From positions 500-64,499 of the IMG/VR virus record IMGVR_UViG_3300020047_001679: DNA of 64,000 nt; one strand, given 5' to 3'. The notes under the pieces are model-generated. The model worked only from the letters and a program-made list of their open reading frames with translations. It was not told where the DNA came from and did not search any database. How positions within the stretch are numbered: position 1 is the first letter of the stretch; every line of letters begins with the position of its first letter. Source of the stretch: a virus. Lineage: Duplodnaviria > Caudoviricetes. The position numbers and the translations under genes are program-made. Shown in pieces: positions 45,901 through 55,874 of the stretch.

Positions 45901-47315
45901 TTACTGCTAGCACTATTGTTAAATCTGGTGGCACTTCTAGCCAATTCTTAAAAGCAGATGGCTCAGTAGATTCTACGGCTTATCTACCTTTGGCTGGCGG
46001 TACTCTTACGGGAGGATTAAACGGAACTTTTGGTAATTTTAGCTCTTACGTAAATGCACAAACAATAGACATTAGTAATTCAACGGCTTCAAATGCCTTA
46101 AGAATTACGCATACAAATGGAAGTTATCACGCAGTTTCTATTGTTGCTACGGGTAATTCCGCTTTATATGCAAGCGGTAACGTAACCGTAGTTGGTACAA
46201 TTACTTCAACTGGCGTAATAAGTGCCCAGTCAGGTTTAGCTAATGGTATTGGTCAATCTTTTGCTCTGCCTACTACTTCTGGAACGCTTGCCTTAACTTC
46301 TCAATTATCCTCTTACCTACCTTTAAGCGGAGGCACATTAACTGGAGCTTTAAGCGGTACGAGTGCAACGTTTTCGGGTAGTGTTACGGCGCAAGCTATT
46401 TATGCAACAGATGCAACTGGTTCTGCTATTTTAACAACCAACGGAGGAGGCGAGGGTATTCTTTCTGTAAATACTGCAAATCCTTTAAGGGTACTAATTA
46501 ATGGAGGGGAGAAAGTTAGGGTCACTTCCGCTGGCAACGTAGGGATAGGAACGACGGCGCCAAATATGAGACTTTCTGTTGTAGGAGATGGAAGTTATAC
46601 AAGCGGAGAAGTATCCGTTTCAGAACACGTAGACCAAATTGGAACTTCCGGAAAAAGAGGGGTTATTTTAGGATATTATGCTAATGGAACTTTAGCAACT
46701 GCAGGGATGATAAGGGTTCCTAATAATGGTAATTTAGTAATTAATCCTAGCGGAGGAAATGTTTTAGTAGGAACCACAACGGATGCAGGACATAAGTTTC
46801 AAGTTGCAGGAACTTCGTATTTTAGTGGAGTAACAACAATTGGTCAAACTTCCCCAAATGGAGGCGTAAATGGAATTTATTTTCGGCCGGGGATTGAATC
46901 TGGATTTATTGTTACAAGTGATATTGCTTTGCAGTTATCAAGGCTTGGAACAACTGGCGATATTCAATCATTTTATAGTGGAACGACAAGAGTAGGAACT
47001 ATTTCGGTTACTGGAGCAGCAACATTTTATAACAGTATTTCAGATTATAGATTAAAACAAGACTTTAAATCAATAAATGGTCTTGATTTGGTTAATAGAA
47101 TTAATGTTTATAACTACGAATGGAAGTCTGATAAAACTAGAATGGATGGAGTAATAGCTCACGAGCTTGCTGAAGTTCTACCTTATGCAGTAACTGGTAT
47201 AAAAGATGGCGAGCAAATGCAATCAGTAGATTATTCTAAAATAGTTCCAGTAATGGTGCAAGCAATCAAAGAATTAAAAGCAGAATTAGACACATATACG
47301 GGTAAAAATAAGTAA
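42924..47315 (+). CDS. Tail fibre with C-terminal intramolecular chaperone (peptidase S74)
   Basis: Gly/Thr-rich repeats, GNVGIGTT, SDYRLKQ..GVIAHEL..VDYSKIVPVMVQAIKEL. Confidence 0.9.
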   Translation: MSKISTYPKDTNVTGQDLLVGSDWNTPGKITKNFSTNALASYFNKSAIIDTGQFSWEFLPYNNTQPQPEKTFMKVDWLDDTININNLAGVLRVSALTLGNTQPGAFIENEWVGNNILIHLPNSPSAYAIYTVDSLVPDGDWYYLMTLSYVGGQSFTILKNEPVVMGYFAGANVITEITGTFPIIVSEGSIPDVSIDPTVKGEWDLAYDNSIVSAAVTGTSTKTLTLTQQDGGTITASWTDEDTNLVTSVFGRTGAVVAVSGDYNTSQVTESTNLYFTQARAIASPITGYNPTLGTITAIDTILTAINKLAGSYVPYTGATNNVNLGEKGITAGYVGFDLTPTGTPTAVGTMYWDAANRTVALVDGDGDTTLQIGQEERILVHNNTGSTLTDGQLVYVTGSTGNLPSVALASAATESTSAATIGMITETILNGADGFITVSGIVNGLNTLAFSEGDLLWLSDTPGGFTTTKPISPSHLVLIGYVIKKAGGNGSVLVKIQNTQELSESSDVLISAPEIDGQGLFLQTISGVQLWRNRSIVDVLGYTPADEATTLTINGTSYDLSANRTWSVGTVTSIAVGLGTSGTDVNVSGSPITSSGTITLNIPSASAVNRGLLTPTDWTTFNNKQDAGNYITSLTGEATASGPGAAAVTLSTPAVTGKLLTGVNITGGTVVATDTILEAFGKVQNQINGLVGGSIYKGTWNAATNTPTITSGVGNTGWYYIVSVSGSTNIDGITDWNLGDWIIFDGTAWQQVDNTDAVVSVNGYTGAVSLVSSDVPEGLTNLYFTNARARGAVSLTTTGSSGAATYDSVTGVFNIPNYAPDLSGYVPYTGATGAVNLGPYDLTVNGVLVGKGAGTGGESVILGYEALRLNTTGYRNVAIGARPLWNNTTGVGNVAIGAETLISAISGNINIAIGDNTAKYITTGSYNTVIGPGSGLNGLTTGSYNTIIGGSIASFGDVSNNIVLADGQGNIKYKWDGTNNNFYGNAIFSGNITASTIVKSGGTSSQFLKADGSVDSTAYLPLAGGTLTGGLNGTFGNFSSYVNAQTIDISNSTASNALRITHTNGSYHAVSIVATGNSALYASGNVTVVGTITSTGVISAQSGLANGIGQSFALPTTSGTLALTSQLSSYLPLSGGTLTGALSGTSATFSGSVTAQAIYATDATGSAILTTNGGGEGILSVNTANPLRVLINGGEKVRVTSAGNVGIGTTAPNMRLSVVGDGSYTSGEVSVSEHVDQIGTSGKRGVILGYYANGTLATAGMIRVPNNGNLVINPSGGNVLVGTTTDAGHKFQVAGTSYFSGVTTIGQTSPNGGVNGIYFRPGIESGFIVTSDIALQLSRLGTTGDIQSFYSGTTRVGTISVTGAATFYNSISDYRLKQDFKSINGLDLVNRINVYNYEWKSDKTRMDGVIAHELAEVLPYAVTGIKDGEQMQSVDYSKIVPVMVQAIKELKAELDTYTGKNK

Positions 47316-47323
47316 ATTTGTAT

Positions 47324-48121
47324 ATGGCATACGTATACAGACACATTAGATTAGATACCAATAAAGTGTTTTATGTTGGGATTGGTAATGATTTAAAATA
47401 CCAAAGGAGCAAATCTAAATACAACAGAAATAAACATTGGCATAATGTTGTCAATAAAACACCGATAAGAGTAGATATTTTATTTGATGAGATAGATTAT
47501 GAGGAAGCAAAAAACAAGGAAATAGAATTTATATCATTATACGGAAGACGTGATTTTGGTATAGGTACTCTTGTTAATATGACTGATGGAGGAGATGGTA
47601 GCTTGGGAATGGTTGTAACAGATGATGTTAAAAGTAGAATTAGCCAAAAGAATAAAGGCAAAAAAGTATCTCAGGAAACACGAAATAAAATATCTTTAGC
47701 TAGAAAAGGTTTTAAGCATACCGAAGAAGTAAAAAAGAAAATAGGGGAATTTAAAAAAGGTAAAAAGTTGCCACCTAGACAACCTATTTCAGAAGAAACA
47801 AGAAAGAAAATGTCTGATGGTAGAAAAGGTAAAAGCCCATCATATAATTACATTAGAACTGCAGAGCATAGAAAGAGATTAAGCGAGGGGGCATTAGGCA
47901 AAAAAATGTCTGAAGCTTCTAAATTAAAAATGTCTGAAAATAGAAGTATTCCTATTGTTCAGTATTGTAAAGATGGAGAATTAATAAAAGAATGGAAGTC
48001 AGCTAAATTAGCTGCTTTCGAATTATTTGGAAGTAAAAATAGTTCTAGTATAGTTAGGTGTTTAAAAAACAGACAAGACTTAGCTTACGGATATAAATGG
48101 AAATACTTAAATAAACATTAA
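47324..48121 (+). CDS. GIY-YIG-like homing endonuclease with NUMOD3/NUMOD1 motifs
   Basis: YVYRH..FYVGIG..N.TDGGDG; repeated SEETRKKMS-type units; AYGYKWKY. Confidence 0.8.
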   Translation: MAYVYRHIRLDTNKVFYVGIGNDLKYQRSKSKYNRNKHWHNVVNKTPIRVDILFDEIDYEEAKNKEIEFISLYGRRDFGIGTLVNMTDGGDGSLGMVVTDDVKSRISQKNKGKKVSQETRNKISLARKGFKHTEEVKKKIGEFKKGKKLPPRQPISEETRKKMSDGRKGKSPSYNYIRTAEHRKRLSEGALGKKMSEASKLKMSENRSIPIVQYCKDGELIKEWKSAKLAAFELFGSKNSSSIVRCLKNRQDLAYGYKWKYLNKH

Positions 48122-48122
48122 T

Positions 48123-48500
48123 ATGGCAAACTTTACATGGCTCGTAAGCCAATTAGACTCAATCCCTTCCCTTGACGTAATGGACAAAGTAATTTCTGTA
48201 ATTCATTACAGAGCACAAAAGTCTTATCTAAGTAGTCAGATAAGCGAGGGAACTCCCCAGATAAGCGAGGGAACTCCTTTGTTTACGGCTGACCATTATG
48301 AATCGTTAAGTATGCCTAAACCGCACGAATCTAATTTCACCCCCTATCAAGATGTTACCCAAGAAATGGTAATATCTTGGTTAGAAGAACTGTTGGACGT
48401 GAAAAAAATCGAGGCTATACTTGATGCACAGATAGAAAACTTTTTAAATCCCCCTATACAGAATTACGGACTCCCTTGGCAATCCAATAATATTTCTTAA
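48123..48500 (+). CDS. Tail-fibre-associated protein
   Basis: F.PY.DVTQEMVISWL..LPW; contains a QISEGTP tandem duplication. Confidence 0.55.
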   Translation: MANFTWLVSQLDSIPSLDVMDKVISVIHYRAQKSYLSSQISEGTPQISEGTPLFTADHYESLSMPKPHESNFTPYQDVTQEMVISWLEELLDVKKIEAILDAQIENFLNPPIQNYGLPWQSNNIS

Positions 48501-48522
48501 ATTTGTGAAAAATAAATATAAT

Positions 48523-48792
48523 ATGAAACTAAACTTCAATTTCAATCTAGTCGATTTAGATGGTAAAGAAATCGACAACGCAAACGCTGGTAAGCTAATT
48601 GCCAACTCACTTGTTCAACAATCTAAGGGCGATGCTCTTAAGTTCTGGGAATGGGCTTTGTCTCTTAACAAAGGAACTGTCCTTGATTTAGACACGTCTG
48701 ATCAGGAGACTTTAAAGAACTTCGTAAAAGATAGCGAGCAATTCCCTATTATATCTAAGGCTCAAATCCTAAAAGTATTTAAGAAAGACTAA
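48523..48792 (+). CDS. Hypothetical protein
   Basis: LVDLDGKEI..KFWEWA; after a TAAATTTG box. Confidence 0.65.
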   Translation: MKLNFNFNLVDLDGKEIDNANAGKLIANSLVQQSKGDALKFWEWALSLNKGTVLDLDTSDQETLKNFVKDSEQFPIISKAQILKVFKKD

Positions 48793-49034
48793 TGGAAAAG
48801 TTAGAACAAGAAGAATTAGACCAATTACGCTCGACTCACGCTCAGGTTCGTGAATTGCGTAACGCATTAGCAGATGTAGAGATTGCTGCTTACAATGCGA
48901 AAATCGAAAAGGAATCAATCCTTAAGCAATTAGAGCAGTCCTCTTTAGGACTTCGCACAATGCAAGAGGAGTTGCACGCCAAATACGGTGATGTGACGGT
49001 TGATTTTGCCACCGGAGAAGTTAAAAAGAAATGA
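48792..49034 (+). CDS. Coiled-coil protein
   Basis: Ends EL..KYGDVTVDFATGE; coupled to its neighbours. Confidence 0.65.
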   Translation: MEKLEQEELDQLRSTHAQVRELRNALADVEIAAYNAKIEKESILKQLEQSSLGLRTMQEELHAKYGDVTVDFATGEVKKK

Positions 49035-49252
49035 TAATCCGCAAGGTATCAATAGGGTCAGACTACAAGAACGCCATGAATTATATGCATGGCCAGTCTG
49101 TCCTACAGGGCAACTACGTTATCCATCTCATTAAGCAGGATGTGTCGTCTAATGACATTGAAATCTTTATTGAGAGGGATAATGAGGTTGTGTTATGGAA
49201 GAAGATTAACGGTAACATGCCGTTCATAATTGAATATAATATAGACTTCTAA
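49031..49252 (+). CDS. Hypothetical protein
   Basis: IRKVSIGSDYKNAMNY..IEYNIDF. Confidence 0.65.
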   Translation: MIIRKVSIGSDYKNAMNYMHGQSVLQGNYVIHLIKQDVSSNDIEIFIERDNEVVLWKKINGNMPFIIEYNIDF

Positions 49253-49254
49253 CA

Positions 49255-49818
49255 ATGAGAAGCCCATTTTTTTATCTAGTCAGCCCTCGTGATAACAAGA
49301 GGTATGATAACGCACGTGGCGAGATAATTATCTCATCATCGAAGGAAGACCACTTAGCCTCCATGCGTGAGGCTATTGTTATTTCTACGCCTATTGGCTA
49401 CGAAGGTCCGATTGAGCCAGGTGACATGATCATTGTGCACCATAACACGTTTAAGTATTACTATGACATGCGAGGCAGAGAGAAGTCTGCTTGGAATCAT
49501 TTCCAAGAGAACTTGTTCTTTGTGGAGGACCCGTATGCGTACAAGAAGCCAAACGGTGAATGGAAAGGTATCGGCCGCTACGTGTTTGTTTCTCCTGTTG
49601 AGAACGACTGCTCCGGCATACTTACTACAGACACAGAGAAGCCCCTTGTAGGCACGATAAAGTACGTGAACGATGAAGTGCTAGCCTTAGGTTTAAAAGA
49701 GGGCGACAGGGTCAGCTTTGAGCCCGAGAGTGAGTATCCGTTTACGATTGATGGGCAGAAGGTGTACCGAATGTATACCAAGAACATAACCATGCTACTT
49801 GATGAACAGAATAACTGA
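49255..49818 (+). CDS. Protein with possible tandem GroES-like folds
   Basis: AIVISTP..IEPGDMIIV and GTIKY..LKEGDRVSF..IDGQKVYRM. Confidence 0.5.
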   Translation: MRSPFFYLVSPRDNKRYDNARGEIIISSSKEDHLASMREAIVISTPIGYEGPIEPGDMIIVHHNTFKYYYDMRGREKSAWNHFQENLFFVEDPYAYKKPNGEWKGIGRYVFVSPVENDCSGILTTDTEKPLVGTIKYVNDEVLALGLKEGDRVSFEPESEYPFTIDGQKVYRMYTKNITMLLDEQNN

Positions 49819-50086
49819 GCTTAAAAGACGCATTATTGACTCTGGTTACAAAGCTGTTGAAGAGTTAATTAAGGTTGCTGAGGAGAAGATCATTACCCAC
49901 ATGGAGGATGACTTGTCCGCAGACAAACTAAAGTCGGCCAGCCAAGCAAAAAAACTAGCCATACTTGATGCGTTCGAGATTCTTAAACGCATTGAAGATG
50001 AGCAGAATATACTTGATGGTGTGGTAGAAGAAAAGAGTACGATAAACAAAGGTTTTGCTGAGAAATTTGCAAGTAAAAAGAAATGA
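49802..50086 (+). CDS. Putative terminase small subunit
   Basis: Helical protein overlapping the start of the large terminase gene. Confidence 0.55.
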   Translation: MNRITELKRRIIDSGYKAVEELIKVAEEKIITHMEDDLSADKLKSASQAKKLAILDAFEILKRIEDEQNILDGVVEEKSTINKGFAEKFASKKK

Positions 50087-52299
50087 GTTTATATACGATA
50101 GTTGAAAACGTTGTACCTGAAAAGATTCTTAATAAGCGTAACGCTAAGAAGGATTGGGCGTATGGCTATGACCAAGAATACGATATTGTTATTGTATCTA
50201 AGGACGGAACTATTGGCGATATTTACGACATACAGAATCTTAGGGTAGCACTTCCTGCTACGCCTAACAAGGTTGACTATAAGCACAACAAGTGGCAAGT
50301 AGAGGAATACCCTCGTGAGTTATCTCGTATTAAGACTCAGTTTGATTGGGCTCGTCGTGACACTGCGTTTAAATCCCAATGGGTGGATTACATAGAAGAG
50401 CAATTCAAGCGTCGTGAGCAAGGGTATTGGTTCATTAATAATAGTGTACCAACCTATATCACAGGTAGTCATTACATGTACCTTCAGTTCACAAAGACTG
50501 ACGTTGGTAAACCAGACTTCCGTGAATCAAACCGAATATTCTTTTTGTTTTGGGAAGCGTGTAAGGCTGACAACCGATGCTTTGGCCTATGCTACCTAAA
50601 GAACCGTCGTTCTGGATTCTCTTTTATGGCCTCCTCCGAGGTGATTAACATTGCCACATCTACAAGAGATTCTACGGTAGGTATCATGTCAAAGACAGGT
50701 ACCGATGCTAAGATGATGTTTACGGGTAAGGTGGTGCCTATCATTAACAACTACCCATTCTTTTTTATGCCTACTCGTGATGGTAACTCATCGCCTGTTA
50801 CAGAGCTTGCCTTCCGCGTACCTTCATCGAAGATTACTCGCAAGAATATGGACAAGGAGGAGGAAGAGGAGATTGATGGATTAGATACGACAATCACGTG
50901 GAAGAACACGGCCGACAACTCTTTCGATGGTCAAAAGTTAAAACTACTCATTGAGGATGAGGCAGCTAAGTTAGAGAAGCCACTAAGCATACTTAACGGT
51001 TGGCGAGTTAGAAAGACTTGTCTTCGTTTGGGTTCAAGGATTATTGGTAAGTGTATGATGGGTTCAACATCGAACGCATTAGATAAAGGTGGAGAAAACT
51101 ATAAAAAACTATATTATGACTCAGATGTTCGAAAAAGAAACGCGAATGGTCAGACTAAGTCGGGTTTATACTCATTATTTATTGAAATGGGTCAAAACTT
51201 TGAGGGATATATTGACGAGTTTGGTCACGCAGTATTAGAAGACCCAATCGAGCCTGTTGCTTCAGCACAGGAAGGCGAGTTGATTACGAATGGCGTTATC
51301 ACCAACTGGCAGAATGAGGTGGACTCATTGAAGTCCGACCCTGATGCACTTAACGAATTCTATCGTCAGTTCCCTAGAACAGAGTCTCACGCCTTTCGTG
51401 ATGAGACCAAGTCCTCTCTATTCAACCTGACTAAAATCTATCAGCAGATAGACTACAACGACGGCATGATTCAGGACCATGTGCTGACTCGTGGGTATTT
51501 CCACTGGGCAAATGGAGAGAAGGATACGCACGTTGTGTGGACACCTGACAGAAATGGTCGATTCCTTGTGTCGTGGCTACCGGGTCCGGGAGTTAGAAAC
51601 AATTTTATTACCAAGAACGGTAACCGCTATCCAGGTAATGAGCACATTGGTGCATTCGGTTGTGACCCATACGATATCTCAGGTGCTACTTTTGGTGGCT
51701 CGAACGGATCATTGCACGGACTGACTAAGTTCAATATGACGGGTGCTCCATCGAATGCGTTTTTCTTGGAGTACATTGCTCGTCCACAGACAGCTGAGAT
51801 ATTCTTTGAAGAGGTGCTGATGGCTTGTGTGTTCTACGGAATGCCACTGCTTTGCGAGAATAACAAAGCACGTTTGCTCTATCACTTCAAGAACAGAGGC
51901 TACAGAGGCTTCTCAATGAATCGTCCTGATAAGCACGCAAGTAAGTTATCATTCACAGAACGTGAAATTGGGGGTATCCCATCATCAAGTGAGGACATCA
52001 AGCAGGCTCACGCGACAGCGATTGAGACATACATCGAGCGTTATGTAGGTTACGACCTAGAAGGAAGTTACCGTCAGCCTGATGAGATAGGCGATATGCC
52101 GTTTAACAAGACGCTTCAAGACTGGGCTAAATTCGATGTAAACGACAGAACAAAGTTTGACGCATCAATTAGTTCAGGATATGCTATTATGGCAAATCAA
52201 AAGCACGTATATTTGCCTGAGAAAAAAGAGTCAAAAATAAGCATTAAATTTGCAACTTACGATAACACTGGTTCTTTCAGTAGAATTAAGAAGATATGA
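50083..52299 (+). CDS. terL: Terminase large subunit
   Basis: LKNRRSGFS (Walker A), LLIEDEAAK (Walker B), GST, FGCDPY nuclease motif, ENNK. Confidence 0.9.
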   Translation: MSLYTIVENVVPEKILNKRNAKKDWAYGYDQEYDIVIVSKDGTIGDIYDIQNLRVALPATPNKVDYKHNKWQVEEYPRELSRIKTQFDWARRDTAFKSQWVDYIEEQFKRREQGYWFINNSVPTYITGSHYMYLQFTKTDVGKPDFRESNRIFFLFWEACKADNRCFGLCYLKNRRSGFSFMASSEVINIATSTRDSTVGIMSKTGTDAKMMFTGKVVPIINNYPFFFMPTRDGNSSPVTELAFRVPSSKITRKNMDKEEEEEIDGLDTTITWKNTADNSFDGQKLKLLIEDEAAKLEKPLSILNGWRVRKTCLRLGSRIIGKCMMGSTSNALDKGGENYKKLYYDSDVRKRNANGQTKSGLYSLFIEMGQNFEGYIDEFGHAVLEDPIEPVASAQEGELITNGVITNWQNEVDSLKSDPDALNEFYRQFPRTESHAFRDETKSSLFNLTKIYQQIDYNDGMIQDHVLTRGYFHWANGEKDTHVVWTPDRNGRFLVSWLPGPGVRNNFITKNGNRYPGNEHIGAFGCDPYDISGATFGGSNGSLHGLTKFNMTGAPSNAFFLEYIARPQTAEIFFEEVLMACVFYGMPLLCENNKARLLYHFKNRGYRGFSMNRPDKHASKLSFTEREIGGIPSSSEDIKQAHATAIETYIERYVGYDLEGSYRQPDEIGDMPFNKTLQDWAKFDVNDRTKFDASISSGYAIMANQKHVYLPEKKESKISIKFATYDNTGSFSRIKKI

Positions 52300-54728
52300 A
52301 CAAACCCCTTGGAATATTAATGCCCGACACCCAGTTTCCTTCGCAGTTAGCAACTGATCAGGAAAAGGCTTCTTGGGAATACGGCTTAAGAATTGGGCAA
52401 AGCATCTCATACGAATGGTTTGCAAAAACAGGCAATAGCTGCCGATATTACTCACAATGGATTGATTTCCACCGCACTAGACTTTATGCTAGAGGTGAGC
52501 AACCGATTGCTAAATACAAAAGCCAATTCGAGGTAGATGGAGATATGTCTCACATTAACCTAGATTGGACTCCTGTGCCTATTATTCCTAAGTTTGTTGA
52601 CATTGTTGTTAACGGAATGCACGATCGTTTATTTGAAGTTAAGGCGTACGCACAAGATGCGATGTCTGCTGAGAAACGTTCGAAGTTCCAAGACATGGTG
52701 GAGGCTGATATGATTGCCAAGGACTTCTTAGTTCAAACTAAGCAGGAGTTTGGTATCGATGCGTTCAATGTGCCAGAGCAAGACTTGCCTGAGAATGACC
52801 AGGAGCTTTCTCTATACATGCAGATTAACTACAAACCTGCTATTGAGATTGCTGAGGAAGAGGCGATTAACACTATTTTAGATTTAAACCATTACCAAGA
52901 CGTTCGTAAAAGGGTCGACTACGATATCACAACAATTGGAATCGGAGTTGTAAAACACTCGTTTGTTCCAGGAACAGGAGTTCGTGTGGAGTATGTTGAC
53001 CCCGCTAACATTGTATATAGTTACACCGAGTCTCCAACATTTGAAGATTGCTTCTATTGGGGTGAGGTAAAGCAAGTACCAATCACAGAACTAATTAAGA
53101 TTAAGCCAGACATTACAAAAGAGGAGTTGGCAGAGATTCAGCAATTAGGAACTGCGTGGTACAATTATTACGGCATTATGCGTCCGTATCGTAGCGACAT
53201 CTTCAATAGAGATGTTGTGACATTGTTGTATTTCAATTATAAAACAGACAAAACCTTTGTTTACAAGAAGAAATATCTTGAGAACAATGGCGTTCGTGTA
53301 ATCCAAAAAGATGAAAGTTTCAACCCTCCTGAAGGAACTGAAGAAAGATTCGAAAGAATTGAGAAGAGAATTGATGTATGGTACGAAGGTGTTATGGTAC
53401 CTGGATCTCCTTATTTACTTAAGTGGGAGCTTGCTAGGAATATGGTTCGCCCTAAGTCTGCTTCTCAGTATGCCTTACCGAACTACATAGCGGTAGCACC
53501 AAGAATGTACAAGGGTATCATCGAGTCATTGACCCGTCGTATGATTCCTTTTGCTGACTTGATTCAAATGACCCATCTTAAGTTGCAACAAGTATTACAG
53601 CGTGTTGTGCCAGATGGTGTATTCATTGATGCTGATGGTATCAACGAGGTTGACTTGGGAACAGGTGGTGCTTACAATCCAGAAGACGCTTTACGTTTGT
53701 ATTTCCAAACGGGTAGTGTTATTGGACGTAGCATGACAACCGATGGTGATTTAAACCATGGCCGTGTACCTATTCAAGAGCTTAACACTAATAGTGGTCA
53801 AGGTAAGATTACAGCATTGATTAATGCGTACAATCAGTACTTGAGCATGATTCGTGATGTAACAGGATTGAACGAGGCACGTGATGCGTCTACACCTAAC
53901 CCTGATGCATTAGTTGGTGTGCAGAAACTTGCAGCACTCAATTCAAACACAGCTACTCGTCATATCTTAGAGGGTAGTTTATTTATTACTAGAAAATTAT
54001 CGGAGGCGTTATCGCTTCGTATTGCAGATATCTTAGAGTACTCGGACTTCAAGGAAGAGTTCACTATGCAGATTGGCAAGTATGCTGTTGGTATCTTAGA
54101 GGAAATCAAGGACTTGTACTTACACGACTTTGGTATCTTTATCGAGGTTGCTCCTGACGAAGAAGAAAGAGCTCAATTAGAGGCTAACATTCAGATGGCA
54201 TTACAACGCGATCAGATTAGCTTAGAAGATGCGATTGATATCCGTCAAATGAAGAACCTTAAGTTGGCTAATGAGCTACTTAAGATGAAGCGTAAAGACA
54301 AGCAGAAGAAGGATATGCAGAATGAGCAGGCTAAAATTCAGATGCAAACTCAAGGTAATATCCAGTCGTCTCAAGCATCGGCTCAATCAGCATTGCAGAA
54401 AGTTCAAGCGGAGGCTGCGGCTAAGGCACAACTTGCTCAGGCTCAGATGCAGTTTGATATTCAACGTATGCAGGCAGAGGCTCAGATTAAAGAGCAGTTG
54501 ATGAGCGTTGAGTTCAACTACAACATGCAGCTACGTGGCATGGAGGTTGAGAAGGTTAAGCAACTAGATATGGATAAGGAGAAAGCTAAAGATAACCGCA
54601 CAAGGCTTCAAGCTACTCAGCAGTCTAAACTGATTGAACAGCGTCAAAAAGACCTTCCAGCGATGGATTTCGAGTCAACTGAGGATGATTTGGGGGGCTT
54701 TGACTTAGAGCAGTTCAATCCAAGATAA
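52296..54728 (+). CDS. Portal protein
   Basis: 810 aa after terminase; PIIPKFVDIVVNG, VTGLNEARD, Gln-rich C-terminal coil. Confidence 0.85.
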   Translation: MNKPLGILMPDTQFPSQLATDQEKASWEYGLRIGQSISYEWFAKTGNSCRYYSQWIDFHRTRLYARGEQPIAKYKSQFEVDGDMSHINLDWTPVPIIPKFVDIVVNGMHDRLFEVKAYAQDAMSAEKRSKFQDMVEADMIAKDFLVQTKQEFGIDAFNVPEQDLPENDQELSLYMQINYKPAIEIAEEEAINTILDLNHYQDVRKRVDYDITTIGIGVVKHSFVPGTGVRVEYVDPANIVYSYTESPTFEDCFYWGEVKQVPITELIKIKPDITKEELAEIQQLGTAWYNYYGIMRPYRSDIFNRDVVTLLYFNYKTDKTFVYKKKYLENNGVRVIQKDESFNPPEGTEERFERIEKRIDVWYEGVMVPGSPYLLKWELARNMVRPKSASQYALPNYIAVAPRMYKGIIESLTRRMIPFADLIQMTHLKLQQVLQRVVPDGVFIDADGINEVDLGTGGAYNPEDALRLYFQTGSVIGRSMTTDGDLNHGRVPIQELNTNSGQGKITALINAYNQYLSMIRDVTGLNEARDASTPNPDALVGVQKLAALNSNTATRHILEGSLFITRKLSEALSLRIADILEYSDFKEEFTMQIGKYAVGILEEIKDLYLHDFGIFIEVAPDEEERAQLEANIQMALQRDQISLEDAIDIRQMKNLKLANELLKMKRKDKQKKDMQNEQAKIQMQTQGNIQSSQASAQSALQKVQAEAAAKAQLAQAQMQFDIQRMQAEAQIKEQLMSVEFNYNMQLRGMEVEKVKQLDMDKEKAKDNRTRLQATQQSKLIEQRQKDLPAMDFESTEDDLGGFDLEQFNPR

Positions 54729-54765
54729 AATTTATTACTACTTTTGTGCAACTAAATTAAATTAA

Positions 54766-55857
54766 ATGGAGAATATACAAGTAAAACTAGTGGACTTCCA
54801 AGAGAAGTCTGTTGCAGAAGTGGAGCAAGAGTTGCTCGACAAGCACGAAGAAAAGATGGCTGATGTGCCTGCGGAACCAGTTGTGGATATCACTGAAGTC
54901 CAAGTACCAGAGTCACCTACGTTTGGTGACAATGACGTTCTTTCATATATTAAAACTAAGTTCAACAAAGAGGTTAACTCTTTGGATGAATTATTTGTAG
55001 AGAAGCCACAGACACAGCAAGAGATGCTGCCTGAAGACGTAAACGCTTTCTTAAAGTTCAAGAAAGAGACAGGTCGTGGTTTAGAAGATTTCTACCGTGT
55101 TAACCAAGATTATTCTAAGGTTAATCCAGAAAGACTTCTAGCTGACTACATGCGTGAGATTAATCCTGATTTTGATGATGAGGATATTGCGTTCGAGTAC
55201 GAGTCAAGATTTAGTTATGACGAAGACATGGATGACGAGAAAGAAATCAAGCGTAAGAAGTTAGCACTTAAAAAAGAACTTGGAAAGGCTTCAAAGTACT
55301 TTGAAGAGCAGAAGGAAAAATACAAAGCTCCCCTTGAGTCGAGGATGGAGGCTTCAATTCCTACTGAAGACAAAGAGGCTTTGGAATCTTACAAGCAATA
55401 TATCAGCCAGTCTACTGCTATGCAGCAAGAACAGGCTAAAAAGTCGGAGTACTTTTTAAGTAAGACGAGTGAATTGTTTACTGATGAATTCAAAGGTTTT
55501 GATTTCAAGATTGGTGACAAGGATGTATCTTACAAACCAGGAACTCCAGAGCAGCTGAAAGCTCAACAAACAGACATTTCCAAATTCTTCACTAATTTCG
55601 TTGATGAAAATGGATACATTAAGGATGCGAAACAGTATCACAAGACAATTGCTGCGGCAATGAACCCCGATGCTATGGCCAAGTTCTTTTATGACATGGG
55701 CAAAGCAGATGCGATTGATGACAGCGTTCGTCAGAGCAAGAACATCGATATGAGTGTGAGGAATGCTCCACAGAATATTGAGAAAGGTGGGTTTAAAGTT
55801 ACTTCATTGGATGGTGATCATGGTAACAAACTTAAGATCAAATCATTTAAAAACTAA
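54766..55857 (+). CDS. Scaffolding protein
   Basis: Acidic helical protein between portal and capsid genes. Confidence 0.65.
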   Translation: MENIQVKLVDFQEKSVAEVEQELLDKHEEKMADVPAEPVVDITEVQVPESPTFGDNDVLSYIKTKFNKEVNSLDELFVEKPQTQQEMLPEDVNAFLKFKKETGRGLEDFYRVNQDYSKVNPERLLADYMREINPDFDDEDIAFEYESRFSYDEDMDDEKEIKRKKLALKKELGKASKYFEEQKEKYKAPLESRMEASIPTEDKEALESYKQYISQSTAMQQEQAKKSEYFLSKTSELFTDEFKGFDFKIGDKDVSYKPGTPEQLKAQQTDISKFFTNFVDENGYIKDAKQYHKTIAAAMNPDAMAKFFYDMGKADAIDDSVRQSKNIDMSVRNAPQNIEKGGFKVTSLDGDHGNKLKIKSFKN

Positions 55858-55874
55858 AACCAAAAAACAAAACA

